64,000 nt of DNA from an uncultured Actinomycetes bacterium (GTDB lineage Bacteria; Actinomycetota; UBA4738; HRBIN12): positions 2,915,061 through 2,979,060 of the forward strand of contig OY969099.1 of assembly GCA_963697875.1 (NCBI GenBank). Reading direction: 5' to 3'. Below are positions 49,122-57,645 of the stretch, one piece after another. The position numbers were made by a program, and so were the translations under genes. The stretch's first letter is position 1. The number at the start of each line of letters is the position of its first letter. The notes under the pieces were generated by a model. The model worked only from the letters and a program-made list of their open reading frames with translations. It was not told the origin of the DNA and made no database searches.

Positions 49122-49506
49122 CGGCCCGTCTCCTTTCCCGGCCGCTGGCGACGACCGCTGGCGTGGAAGAGATGGTAGCGGACCGCATCCCGGCGTCTCA
49201 GGCCTCTAGTCCGTCCGCTGTAGCTCATCTGCCCTGTACCGTCATCCACAACATCCATCGTGGACTGGCGTGAAGGAGTTGTGAAGACAGCAACGTGTTT
49301 CTAGGTCTTTTGTCGTGTAAATGCCGTGAGAGTCCCCCGTCCGGGGGTTGCCCAGATGCGGGTTACCCACCAGATTCCCTACAGCAGGGGGTGGGCCCCA
49401 GGAGCGATCCCATCTCGCCGGGACGGGCATATGGCGGGCATCCAGCGCTCCCTCCGAGTCCACCATCGTGTCGATGGTGCCCGTTGGGCACAGGGAGGGT
49501 TGATCT

Positions 49507-51169
49507 ATGGCATCGAGCAAGAGACGACTCGCGCGACGCCTCGGAGTAGGCGTCGCTGCGATAGCGCTGCTGTACGCCATCGCGGCACCCAGCTTCGCGG
49601 TCCTGACGGATAGTCCGAGCATGTTCGAGTCGGGCGACGACCCCACGATCGGGCTCGGGAACATGGTCGTCAACACCACTGGGAACTCCGACTGGGAAAC
49701 CGTGGCCGACGGTACCCACGACAACTACGTGCACCTCGCGGACGCGGCACACACCGGGACCGACGACTCGTTCACCCCCGGCCAGAAGCAGGACACGACC
49801 TGTCCGACGGTCGAGGGGCACCAGAACCCGCCCAAGGACGACTTCACCCACGTCGCCTCGTTCAACGAGCAGGCGACCAACGGTGATGTCTACCTGTACG
49901 GGGCGACGATCCGGTACGCGGCGAACGGGAACGCGAGCGAGAACATCGAGCTGAAGCAGAGCGGCACGCTCTGCTCCGACAGCACGACCCTCACCGAACG
50001 GACTCCGGGGGACAAGCTGATCGCGATCGACTACCTGGGCGGCGGCTCGCGGCCCGAGTTCAACGTGCTGACCTGGGTCGGTTCGGGCGTCTGCTACGTG
50101 GCCAACGACACGGCTCCGTGCTGGGGCGCGGACGTCACTTCGCTCGCGTCTAACGCCGCCGAGGGCGGCGTTAACGGGGAGCACCATCACCGCCGCGAAC
50201 AACCCCATCAGCAACCAGACCCTCGTGGCCGGGAAGTTCGCGGAGTTCGGCATCAACCTCTCCGAGGCCGGCATCATCCCCAGGGACGACTGCAAGGCTT
50301 TCCCCCAGACCGTGTGGGAGTCGAGGTCCTCGGGGAGCAGCTTCGTCTCTTCGACCAAGGACGTGACGATCGAGGACCACACGATCAGCAATTGCGCCGG
50401 CGTCAGCGTGACCAAGGAAGGCAGCGACGGCGGGTCGCAGGCGGGTGCGGTCTTCACGCTCTACGAGGGTTCGGACACCGACGGTACCGTTGTGGGCACC
50501 TGCACGATCCAGGCGGACGGAACCTGCGACTCGACGTTCACTGACCTGAACCCGGGCCAGTACACGATCGACGAAACGACGGTCCCGGCGGGGTACGACA
50601 AGGACCCGACCCTGCCGTACATGTTCACACTAGATGCCAACCAGTCACTGACCCTGAGCTTCACCGACCCTGCCAAGGCGGGGGCGATCGAGATCACGAA
50701 GGTCACCAGCAAGGATCACCAGACCGGCCTCGGGGACGCGGAGTTCACGATCGAGGACTCCAACGGCGTCGAGATCGTCGGCAGCCCGTTCACGAGCGGG
50801 CAGGACGGGACGGTCTGCGTCGACAACCTCGCGTTCGACGACTACACCGTGACGGAGACGATGGCGCCGGATGGGTACGAGATCGACGACGACACCGGTC
50901 AGACGGTCACCGTCGACACCAACTCTGAGTGCGGCGATGGCAACGAGGCGGCAATCACGTTCGAGGACACGCCACTGACCGATGTCACGGTCACCGCGAC
51001 CAGCCAGGTCGCCGGCGGAACAGCGTCGACCATCACATGCACGGACGCGAACGGGGACGACATCGGGAACTCCCCTGTTGGAGACCCTGATCCCGTCGAC
51101 CCCGCCGAGGTCGACGCGAACGACCTCCTGCCGGGCACGTACGACTGCACCATCGTTATCGACCCGTAA
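49507..51169 (+). CDS. secreted surface protein with two SpaA / Cna-B-like (prealbumin-fold) domains, with one apparent extra base
   Basis: The signal peptide is MASSKRRLARRLGVGVAAIALLYAIAAPSFA. The frame changes at a GGGG run (50176-50179), between ...AAEGGVNG and STITAANNPISNQTLVAGKFAEFG. The repeats are GAVFTLYEG...FTDLNPGQYTIDETTVPAGYD and DAEFTIEDSNG...NLAFDDYTVTETMAPDGYE. There is no LPXTG motif. Confidence 0.8.
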
Positions 51170-51184
51170 CGAGGTCGAGAAGAA

Positions 51185-51218
51185 CGAACGGGGGCCGGCT
51201 CCAGCTGGCCCCCGTTCG
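51185..51218 (+). terminator. stem-loop terminator candidate downstream of the surface protein gene
   Basis: CGAACGGGGGCC-ggctccagct-GGCCCCCGTTCG forms a perfect 12-bp stem. It is followed by ATGTTCTGG, so there is no strong U tract. Confidence 0.55.
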
Positions 51219-51377
51219 ATGTTCTGGTCCGGGCAGTTGATCGGCCACAACGAGCGGGAAGCGAGTGCCCCTACCCATCCCATCCCCTCGGTTTCGGCGC
51301 CGTTGGTCGGCGCCAGTACGAGTTGGCCGGAGCCGCTGGGGCTTTCATCGGGCCGTGATGCGGCCGATATCGAGTGT

Positions 51378-51950
51378 ATGACGGCACCCCGAAACTGCTC
51401 ACGATGCGGTGCGCCGTTGCCTTTCGACGTCCGGTGGTGCGGCCAGTGCTACGCGCCGGTTCGCGAGTTGACGCCCCGCGCGCCCGTCCATCGGGGCAAC
51501 TTCGTGGATGTCCCCCACCACGCCGGCCGGAACGTGCCGCACTGGTCGCGGTGGGAGGCGTCCGCGACGACGTTCGGCCCCGTGGGACGCGCCGGGTGGA
51601 CCGTGGCGGTCGTCGGCCTCGGGCTGAACACCGTCATGCAGAACCCGCTCATGGTCCTGTTCCTGGTGCCGACGGTCCTCGCCCTGATCCATGCGCTGTG
51701 GCGACCGGGCTGGGTGGTTCCCGACGAGCCCGTTCCGCGCGGGATCCGGCGGTTCCGCCCGGAGGGACGCGTCAAGGACTGGCTCTTCGACGTCGACGAG
51801 TTGGCGACCACCGCGATCGCCACCGTGGTGGCGCTGGGCGTCGGCGCCGCGGTGATCTACGGGGATCCGATCCTCCAGTTCTGCGCGATCGTTGCAGGCG
51901 TGGTGGTAGTTGCGTACCTGTTCTTCCGGCGGTTCTTCGACCGCGCCTAG
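51378..51950 (+). CDS. zinc-ribbon plus multi-pass membrane protein of unknown function
   Basis: The N-terminus is CSRCGAPLPFDVRWCGQCYAP, followed by about four transmembrane helices. Confidence 0.6.
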   Translation: MTAPRNCSRCGAPLPFDVRWCGQCYAPVRELTPRAPVHRGNFVDVPHHAGRNVPHWSRWEASATTFGPVGRAGWTVAVVGLGLNTVMQNPLMVLFLVPTVLALIHALWRPGWVVPDEPVPRGIRRFRPEGRVKDWLFDVDELATTAIATVVALGVGAAVIYGDPILQFCAIVAGVVVVAYLFFRRFFDRA

Positions 51951-51994
51951 CGCCGGACCCGAACCCCCGATCCGGGGAGGGGTAGTGTTCCGCC

Positions 51995-54643
51995 GTGGCC
52001 CCGAAGCGCACGATCTTCTACGAGCGGCATGCGAGCTTGGGCGCCAAGCTGATCGAGTTTGGCGGCTGGGACATGCCGGTGCAGTACCCGTCCGGCACGA
52101 TCCGCGAGCACCTGGCCACCCGCGCGTCCGCCGGGCTGTTCGACGTGTCGCACATGGGACGGTTCACGGTCCGGGGCGAGGGCGCGATCGACTTCCTCCA
52201 GCACGTGCTCACGAACAACGCCGTGGCTCTGGACGGACGCCCCGTCGGCGCGCAGTACACGCTGATCGCGAACGAGGACGGCGGCGCGCTCGACGACGCG
52301 TACCTGTACCGGCGCTCGCCCGACGAGTTCCTCCTGGTCGTGAACGCAGCCAACCGGATCGGCGACTGGGAGCATCTCTCGTCGGTCGCGGCGGATTTCC
52401 CCGGGGTGGACCTTCGGGACCGCACGGAGGACCTCCTCATGCTCGCGCTGCAGGGGCCGGCATCGCGCGGGATCCTCACATCGATCCTCGGAGCCGCGTC
52501 GCTGCCCGAGCCGTTGCGCAACTGCGTTTCCACCGGGACGTTCCAGGGCTCGAGCCTGTTCATCGGCAGGACCGGCTACACGGGCGAGCCGATCGGCTCG
52601 GAGCTCTTCGTGGAAGGCGACCGCGCACTCGACCTGTGGGATGCGCTCGTGGAGGCCGGTGCGACGCCGTGCGGACTGGGCGCGCGGGACACGCTTCGTC
52701 TTGAGGCCGCGCTCCCGCTCTACGGGCACGAGCTGGGGACCGACCCCGAAGGCCGCGAGATCCCGATCTTCGCGATCTCGCTTGCGCGGTTCGGGGTGAG
52801 CTTCTCGCCGCTCAAAGGCGAGTTCATCGGCCGCGCGGCGCTGGAGCGCCAGTTCGCCGCTGCCGGGAAGATCATGGACCGGGACTTCTCCGCGATGCGC
52901 GACCTTCCCCGGACGATCCGCCCCGCCGCGGTCACCGGTCGGGGGATCGCCCGGCAGGGCGCCGAGGTGTTCGTCGACGACCGGCGGGTCGGCTGGGTGA
53001 CCAGCGGCACGGCGGTTCCATTCTGGGTGTTCGACGGAGAGGACGAGAGGTCTCGCCCGTCGACGGAGCATCGGACGAGGTCGATCTGCCTGGCGTACGT
53101 CGACGCGGACCTCCTGGACGACCAGCGCGTGACGATCGACGTCCGCGGCAAGATCACCGACGGCGTGGTTGTACCGTTCCACCTGCGATCGGAAGGGCCG
53201 CCCTTCGCCCGACCGATCGTCGTCACGTCCGATGAGCCGTCCGAGCAGCAAACGGTCGATCCCGCCGCGGCGCGCGTCCGCCGGCTGCTCGAACGGGCGG
53301 TCGACAACACAGAGTGGCGCCAGCGCGCCTGCGTGAACCTGATCCCGTCGGAGATGACGGCCTCCCCGATCGTCCGACTGCTGTCCGTGATGGACCCGGC
53401 CTTCCGCTACGCCGAGCATCGAGCGATGGAGGCCTTCAACGACGCGGAGGTCTTCTTCTATCAGGGGACGGGGTTCATCGGGGACGTGGAGCGGCTGCTG
53501 GAGGACGAGATGAGCGCCTTCATGGGAAGCGTCGAGGCGGAGACGCGCCCGATCAGCGGCCAGATGGCCAACGCGGCCGTGTTCAGCGGGCTGGTGGATC
53601 ACCTCAACCGGGTCGACCGGCGGCGCGAGCCGCGGCGGATCCGGATGGTTATGAACCACCACATCGGCAAGGGCGGCCACCTGTCGGCCCAGCCGATGGG
53701 AGCTCTTCGGGACTTCGTCGCGCGCGACCCCCGGACCGAGCGGCCCGCGGTGGTCAACTTCCCTGTCGAGGCCGACGACCCGTACGCGATCGACGTGCCG
53801 GCCGCGCTCGAGCTGATCGACGAGCACCGGCCGGAGCTGATCGTCTTCGGCAAGAGCATGATCCTCTACAAGGAACCGGTCGCCGAGGTCCGGGCCTTCC
53901 TCGACGAGCGCTCGATCCCTGCCGTGGTCCTCTACGACATGGCCCACGTCCTGGGTCTGATCGGGCCGTCGTTCCAGGAGCCGTTCGCCGAGGGCGCGGA
54001 CCTGGTCACGGGCTCCACCCACAAGACCTTCTTCGGAACGCAGCGCGGGGTGGTGGGCAGCCGCTTCCGGGAGGAGGACGCGGGATACGACCTGTGGCAG
54101 GCGATCCGCTCGCGCACGTTCCCCGGATCGGTATCGAACCACCACCTCGGGACGCTCCTCGGGCTGTTGATGGCCGCCTACGAGATGGACCGGTTCAAGG
54201 ACGAGTACCAGCCGCTGGTGATCGCCAACGCCAAAGCCTTCGCGTCCGCGCTGGCCGAGGCCGGCCTGGAGGTCGCCGGCGATCCCTCGATCGGGTTCAC
54301 CGAGACCCACCAGGTCGTGGTCAACGTCGGCCACGCGCGCGGGCCGCAGATCGCGCAACGCCTCGAGTCCAACAACATCATCTGCAACCACCAGGCCGTG
54401 CCCGGCGACGAGGGGTTCACCGCGGCGGGCGGCCTGCGGATGGGCGTCGCGGAGATGACGCGGTTCGGGATGCGGGAGGCCGAATTCGCCGAGCTGGCCG
54501 AGCTCGTCCGCGACGTGATCGTCGACGACGCGGACGTCGCCGAGAAGGTGGCGGCCTTCCGCGGCCGCTTCCTCGAGATGCGGTTCTGCTTCGAAGGCGC
54601 CGAGTACGCGGACCTGCTGGCCCGGCTCTCGGCGCTCCTGTGA
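51995..54643 (+). CDS. fusion protein: glycine cleavage system T (aminomethyltransferase) domain plus serine hydroxymethyltransferase-like PLP domain
   Basis: The N-terminal ~400 aa are GcvT-like (GGWDMPVQY, GLFDVSHMGRF, IGRTGYTGE, GLGARDTLRLEA.LPLYGHEL). The C-terminal ~450 aa are SHMT-like (NLIPSEM, ISGQMAN, GGHLS, DMAHVLGLI, GSTHKTFFGTQRG). It is one uninterrupted 882-codon ORF. Confidence 0.85.
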   Translation: MAPKRTIFYERHASLGAKLIEFGGWDMPVQYPSGTIREHLATRASAGLFDVSHMGRFTVRGEGAIDFLQHVLTNNAVALDGRPVGAQYTLIANEDGGALDDAYLYRRSPDEFLLVVNAANRIGDWEHLSSVAADFPGVDLRDRTEDLLMLALQGPASRGILTSILGAASLPEPLRNCVSTGTFQGSSLFIGRTGYTGEPIGSELFVEGDRALDLWDALVEAGATPCGLGARDTLRLEAALPLYGHELGTDPEGREIPIFAISLARFGVSFSPLKGEFIGRAALERQFAAAGKIMDRDFSAMRDLPRTIRPAAVTGRGIARQGAEVFVDDRRVGWVTSGTAVPFWVFDGEDERSRPSTEHRTRSICLAYVDADLLDDQRVTIDVRGKITDGVVVPFHLRSEGPPFARPIVVTSDEPSEQQTVDPAAARVRRLLERAVDNTEWRQRACVNLIPSEMTASPIVRLLSVMDPAFRYAEHRAMEAFNDAEVFFYQGTGFIGDVERLLEDEMSAFMGSVEAETRPISGQMANAAVFSGLVDHLNRVDRRREPRRIRMVMNHHIGKGGHLSAQPMGALRDFVARDPRTERPAVVNFPVEADDPYAIDVPAALELIDEHRPELIVFGKSMILYKEPVAEVRAFLDERSIPAVVLYDMAHVLGLIGPSFQEPFAEGADLVTGSTHKTFFGTQRGVVGSRFREEDAGYDLWQAIRSRTFPGSVSNHHLGTLLGLLMAAYEMDRFKDEYQPLVIANAKAFASALAEAGLEVAGDPSIGFTETHQVVVNVGHARGPQIAQRLESNNIICNHQAVPGDEGFTAAGGLRMGVAEMTRFGMREAEFAELAELVRDVIVDDADVAEKVAAFRGRFLEMRFCFEGAEYADLLARLSALL

Positions 54644-54646
54644 CGA

Positions 54647-55390
54647 TCAGGCGTCCTCGCAGATGCCACCGAAGCGGCGGTCGCGCTTCTGGAAGTCGCG
54701 GATCGCTTCGAAGAGCAGCTCGCGGTTGAAGTCCGGCCAGAACACCGGCGTGAACCAGAGCTCCGAGTACGCGACCTCCCAGAGCAGGAAGTTCGAGATG
54801 CGCATCTCCCCGCTCGTGCGGATCAACAGGTCGGGGTCCGGCATGTCGATCCGGTAGAGCCGCTCGGCGATCGTGCGGTCGTCGATCTTCTCCGGGCGGA
54901 GCTTCCCGGCCTGCACCTCGCGCGCGAGCTCCTTGACCGCGTCGACGATCTCCTTGCGGCCGCCGTAGTTGAAGGCGATCGTGAGGGTCATCCCGGTGTT
55001 GTGTTCGGTGAGCTCCTCCGAGATCCGGATCTCCTTGAGCACCGACCGCGGCAGGCGCCAGTCACGCCGGCCGATGAACCGGATCCGCACGTTCATCGCG
55101 TGCAGCTCGTCGCGACGCCGGTGCAGGAGCTTCCGGTTGAAGTTCATCAGGTACAGAACCTCGGGCTGCGGACGCGCCCAGTTCTCGGTGGAGAAGGCGA
55201 ACACCGTCAGCCACTTGAGACCGACCTCCACCCCGCCCTTGACCGTGTCCCAGAGCGCCTCCTCGCCGGCGCCGTGGCCCTCGGTGCGCGGCAGGCCGCG
55301 CTGCGTCGCCCACCGCCCGTTGCCGTCCATCACGATCGCGACGTGCGCGGGCACACGCGTCCGATCGATGTCGTGCAGGTACGTGCTCAC
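54647..55390 (-). CDS. uppS: isoprenyl transferase (undecaprenyl-diphosphate synthase family)
   Basis: Motifs are HVAIVMDGNGRWA, FAFSTENW.RP, RTSGE.RISNFLLW and FWPDF. The GTG start overlaps the recO stop. Confidence 0.9.
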   Translation of the reverse strand: MSTYLHDIDRTRVPAHVAIVMDGNGRWATQRGLPRTEGHGAGEEALWDTVKGGVEVGLKWLTVFAFSTENWARPQPEVLYLMNFNRKLLHRRRDELHAMNVRIRFIGRRDWRLPRSVLKEIRISEELTEHNTGMTLTIAFNYGGRKEIVDAVKELAREVQAGKLRPEKIDDRTIAERLYRIDMPDPDLLIRTSGEMRISNFLLWEVAYSELWFTPVFWPDFNRELLFEAIRDFQKRDRRFGGICEDA

Positions 55391-56127
55391 GGCGCGGTCC
55401 TGACGAGCATCGGGATCGACTTCATCCGCCGCTCCAGGTGATACTCGGTGAACCCGAACAGCAGCCGCCGCGCCTCGTGGCGCAGCCGGTCGTCCCCCAC
55501 CACCTGCGCGCCGCTCTGCGTGAGGTCGGCCTGCGCGAGCCAGGCCAATACCCGAAGCGCGTCGGGCGAGACCGCGATCGCACCGGGGTCCGCGCACGAG
55601 GGGCAGACGGCCCCGCCGATCCCCGCCGACCACAGCGACGGCTCGGTCGAGCCGCACACGGCGCATGCGGTAAGGCTCGGATGGAACCCCGAGAGCGACA
55701 GCATCTTGAGCACGAAGGACTCCGCCACCGCCGACGGGTCGACCGGCCCGGCATCGAGCGCGCGGAGTCCGGAAAGCAGCAGGAGCACGAGCCGCACGTT
55801 CCGCTCGTGGTCCTCGGCGACCTTGTCGACCGCCTCGAGCATCGTCTCGCCGGCTGCGAACAGCGCCAGATCCTGCCGGATGCGCATGTGCGGGGCGAGG
55901 ATCTCGGCCTGGGTGACGGTGTCGAGCGCGCCCCGGCCCCGGTAGAGCATCAGGTTCACGTGCGTCAACGGCTCCAGCCGGGCGCCGAACCGCGATGTGG
56001 TCTTGCGGATGCCCTTCGCGACCGCCCGAACCTTCCCTGAGCCTTGCGTCAGGACGGTGACGATCTTGTCGGCCTCGCCGAGCTTGATCGACCGCAGGAC
56101 GACGCCCTGCTCCTTGTACGGGGGCAT
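55387..56127 (-). CDS. recO: DNA repair protein RecO
   Basis: The N-terminal OB region is EQGVVLRSIKLGEADKIVTVLT. The zinc motif is CAVCGS...CPSC. Confidence 0.9.
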   Translation of the reverse strand: MPPYKEQGVVLRSIKLGEADKIVTVLTQGSGKVRAVAKGIRKTTSRFGARLEPLTHVNLMLYRGRGALDTVTQAEILAPHMRIRQDLALFAAGETMLEAVDKVAEDHERNVRLVLLLLSGLRALDAGPVDPSAVAESFVLKMLSLSGFHPSLTACAVCGSTEPSLWSAGIGGAVCPSCADPGAIAVSPDALRVLAWLAQADLTQSGAQVVGDDRLRHEARRLLFGFTEYHLERRMKSIPMLVRTAP

Positions 56128-56319
56128 ATTCCGATGGTATCCCGCAGTCGTTGCGGCGAACCGCGCATGCGTGTGGCGATTCCGTTACGTCCCGACCCGG
56201 TAAGCTGGGGTCCTCGGGCATCCTCGAGGGTTCACGACGAGCGACAACGGGCGGCCATCCCGCAGCCTCCGCTCCCTCGCCACGGATCGAGCGGAACACG
56301 AGCAGACGGGAGCCGGCGA

Positions 56320-56523
56320 ATGGTGAAGACGGGCGACTCGCGAACGCATTTCGGCACTCCGGATCGGGGCAAGGGAGCCTCGTCACGACCTGCCGCGGGC
56401 CGCGTCTGCGACGAACCCAGCTGTGCCACGGTTCTGTCGACGTACAACCCGGCGCACACCTGCTGGATGCATGCATCGCCGTCGACCCGTCACCCGCTGT
56501 ACGGATCCAAGCCCAGCCGGTAG
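56320..56523 (+). CDS. small zinc-ribbon-like protein of unknown function
   Basis: It is 67 aa and contains CDEPSCATVLSTYNPAHTCWMH. GGGAG lies upstream of ATG 56320. The call is tentative. Confidence 0.4.
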   Translation: MVKTGDSRTHFGTPDRGKGASSRPAAGRVCDEPSCATVLSTYNPAHTCWMHASPSTRHPLYGSKPSR

Positions 56524-56593
56524 GTCGCCTTGGAGATCGCCAGCGCGATCTCGAAGAGGACGGGCCCGACGGCAGGCCCGCCCTCCTGAAGCG

Positions 56594-56983
56594 TCACGAA
56601 CCGCTCATCTGCTGAAGGTTCTTCTCGACGACGGCCATCGTCGACGCGTACTCGGCCGTCGGGCTGACCTCGAGCACCTCGGTGCCCGGAAGCCCGACCT
56701 CGCCGGTGTGACCCGGGCCGACGTAGTAAGCCTCCCCTGCCTCCGCGACGATGTCGCCTTCGGGACGGTGCATGATCATCCGGCCCTTGATCACGTACCC
56801 CCAGTGGTGCGACTGGCACAGGTCGTCGGGCAGCCCACGGTAGAAGGGTGTGAAATCGCCCGCTTCCGCGAACGACTCAAACCCGAGGGTGTAGCCGTCA
56901 ACCTCGATGTAGCGGCCATCGAACCCGGGCATGGTCTCCACGCGCTCGGCGCGGGCCTTCGCGAAGCTCGCTCCTGCCCCCAT
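56594..56983 (-). CDS. cupin domain protein
   Basis: It is 129 aa with HHWGYVIKGRMIM...GEAYYVGPGH, a cupin-like pattern. Confidence 0.7.
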   Translation of the reverse strand: MGAGASFAKARAERVETMPGFDGRYIEVDGYTLGFESFAEAGDFTPFYRGLPDDLCQSHHWGYVIKGRMIMHRPEGDIVAEAGEAYYVGPGHTGEVGLPGTEVLEVSPTAEYASTMAVVEKNLQQMSGS

Positions 56984-56995
56984 CGTCCACTCCTT

Positions 56996-57565
56996 TCAGC
57001 GCGTGTTCGCGCGTTCCTCAGCGACCTGCGCGAGGTTGCGCACGCCGCGCTGGACCAGCGACCGGGAGCCGGCGACGGCGAGCGACGACAGCACCGGGAC
57101 CTTGAGCATCGCGAGCATCCCCGGCAGCTCGCTGATGCGCACGACGCGGAACGACTCGCGGATCGTGCAGCCCTGGCCGGTCGGCTCGATCTCGTAACGG
57201 TGGACGTTCGTCCAGTCGACGACCTTGCCCTTCTTGGTCTCGAGCTTCGCCTCGGTGACGAACTCGAAGACCTTGGGGCGCGTCGCCTCCGTGACGACCG
57301 ACGAGTCGCGGAACGTGCCCATCGGGTCGCGCCCCGTGGAGTGGAACTCGGTCCCGACGATCGCGAGGCCGGCCAGCGCCTCCATCGAGGTCAGCCGCGT
57401 CTTCTTCCCCTGCCGCTCCCCGGCCCAGATCAGATGCGTCGCGAGATCGGCGACGACGTCGTAGACCGCGTCGGGCGGCGCCGTCGTCGTCTGCTCGACC
57501 TCGACGACGATCTCGCCCTTCAAGGCGTTCGCACGTCCGTTGCCGGACGCTCGCTTGGTGCTCAT
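56996..57565 (-). CDS. SRPBCC (START/Bet v1-like) family protein
   Basis: The length and pattern fit this family: VEQTTTAPPDAVYDVVADLATHLIW... Confidence 0.65.
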   Translation of the reverse strand: MSTKRASGNGRANALKGEIVVEVEQTTTAPPDAVYDVVADLATHLIWAGERQGKKTRLTSMEALAGLAIVGTEFHSTGRDPMGTFRDSSVVTEATRPKVFEFVTEAKLETKKGKVVDWTNVHRYEIEPTGQGCTIRESFRVVRISELPGMLAMLKVPVLSSLAVAGSRSLVQRGVRNLAQVAEERANTR

Positions 57566-57645
57566 GCGCTCCTCCTTCCGTGCCTTCCGTTCCGGACGCG
57601 ACGAAGCCTGCCCGGGATGGAGCGCGGAAGGATGGGGGGGATCCC

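Noticed and set aside
51219-51994. I looked for a glycine riboswitch upstream of the GcvT-SHMT fusion gene.
   Set aside because: The gap before the fusion gene is only 44 bp. The 160-bp gap before the upstream membrane-protein gene lacks the GGAGAG...ACCGAAGGGGCAA-type conserved cores as far as I can see by eye.
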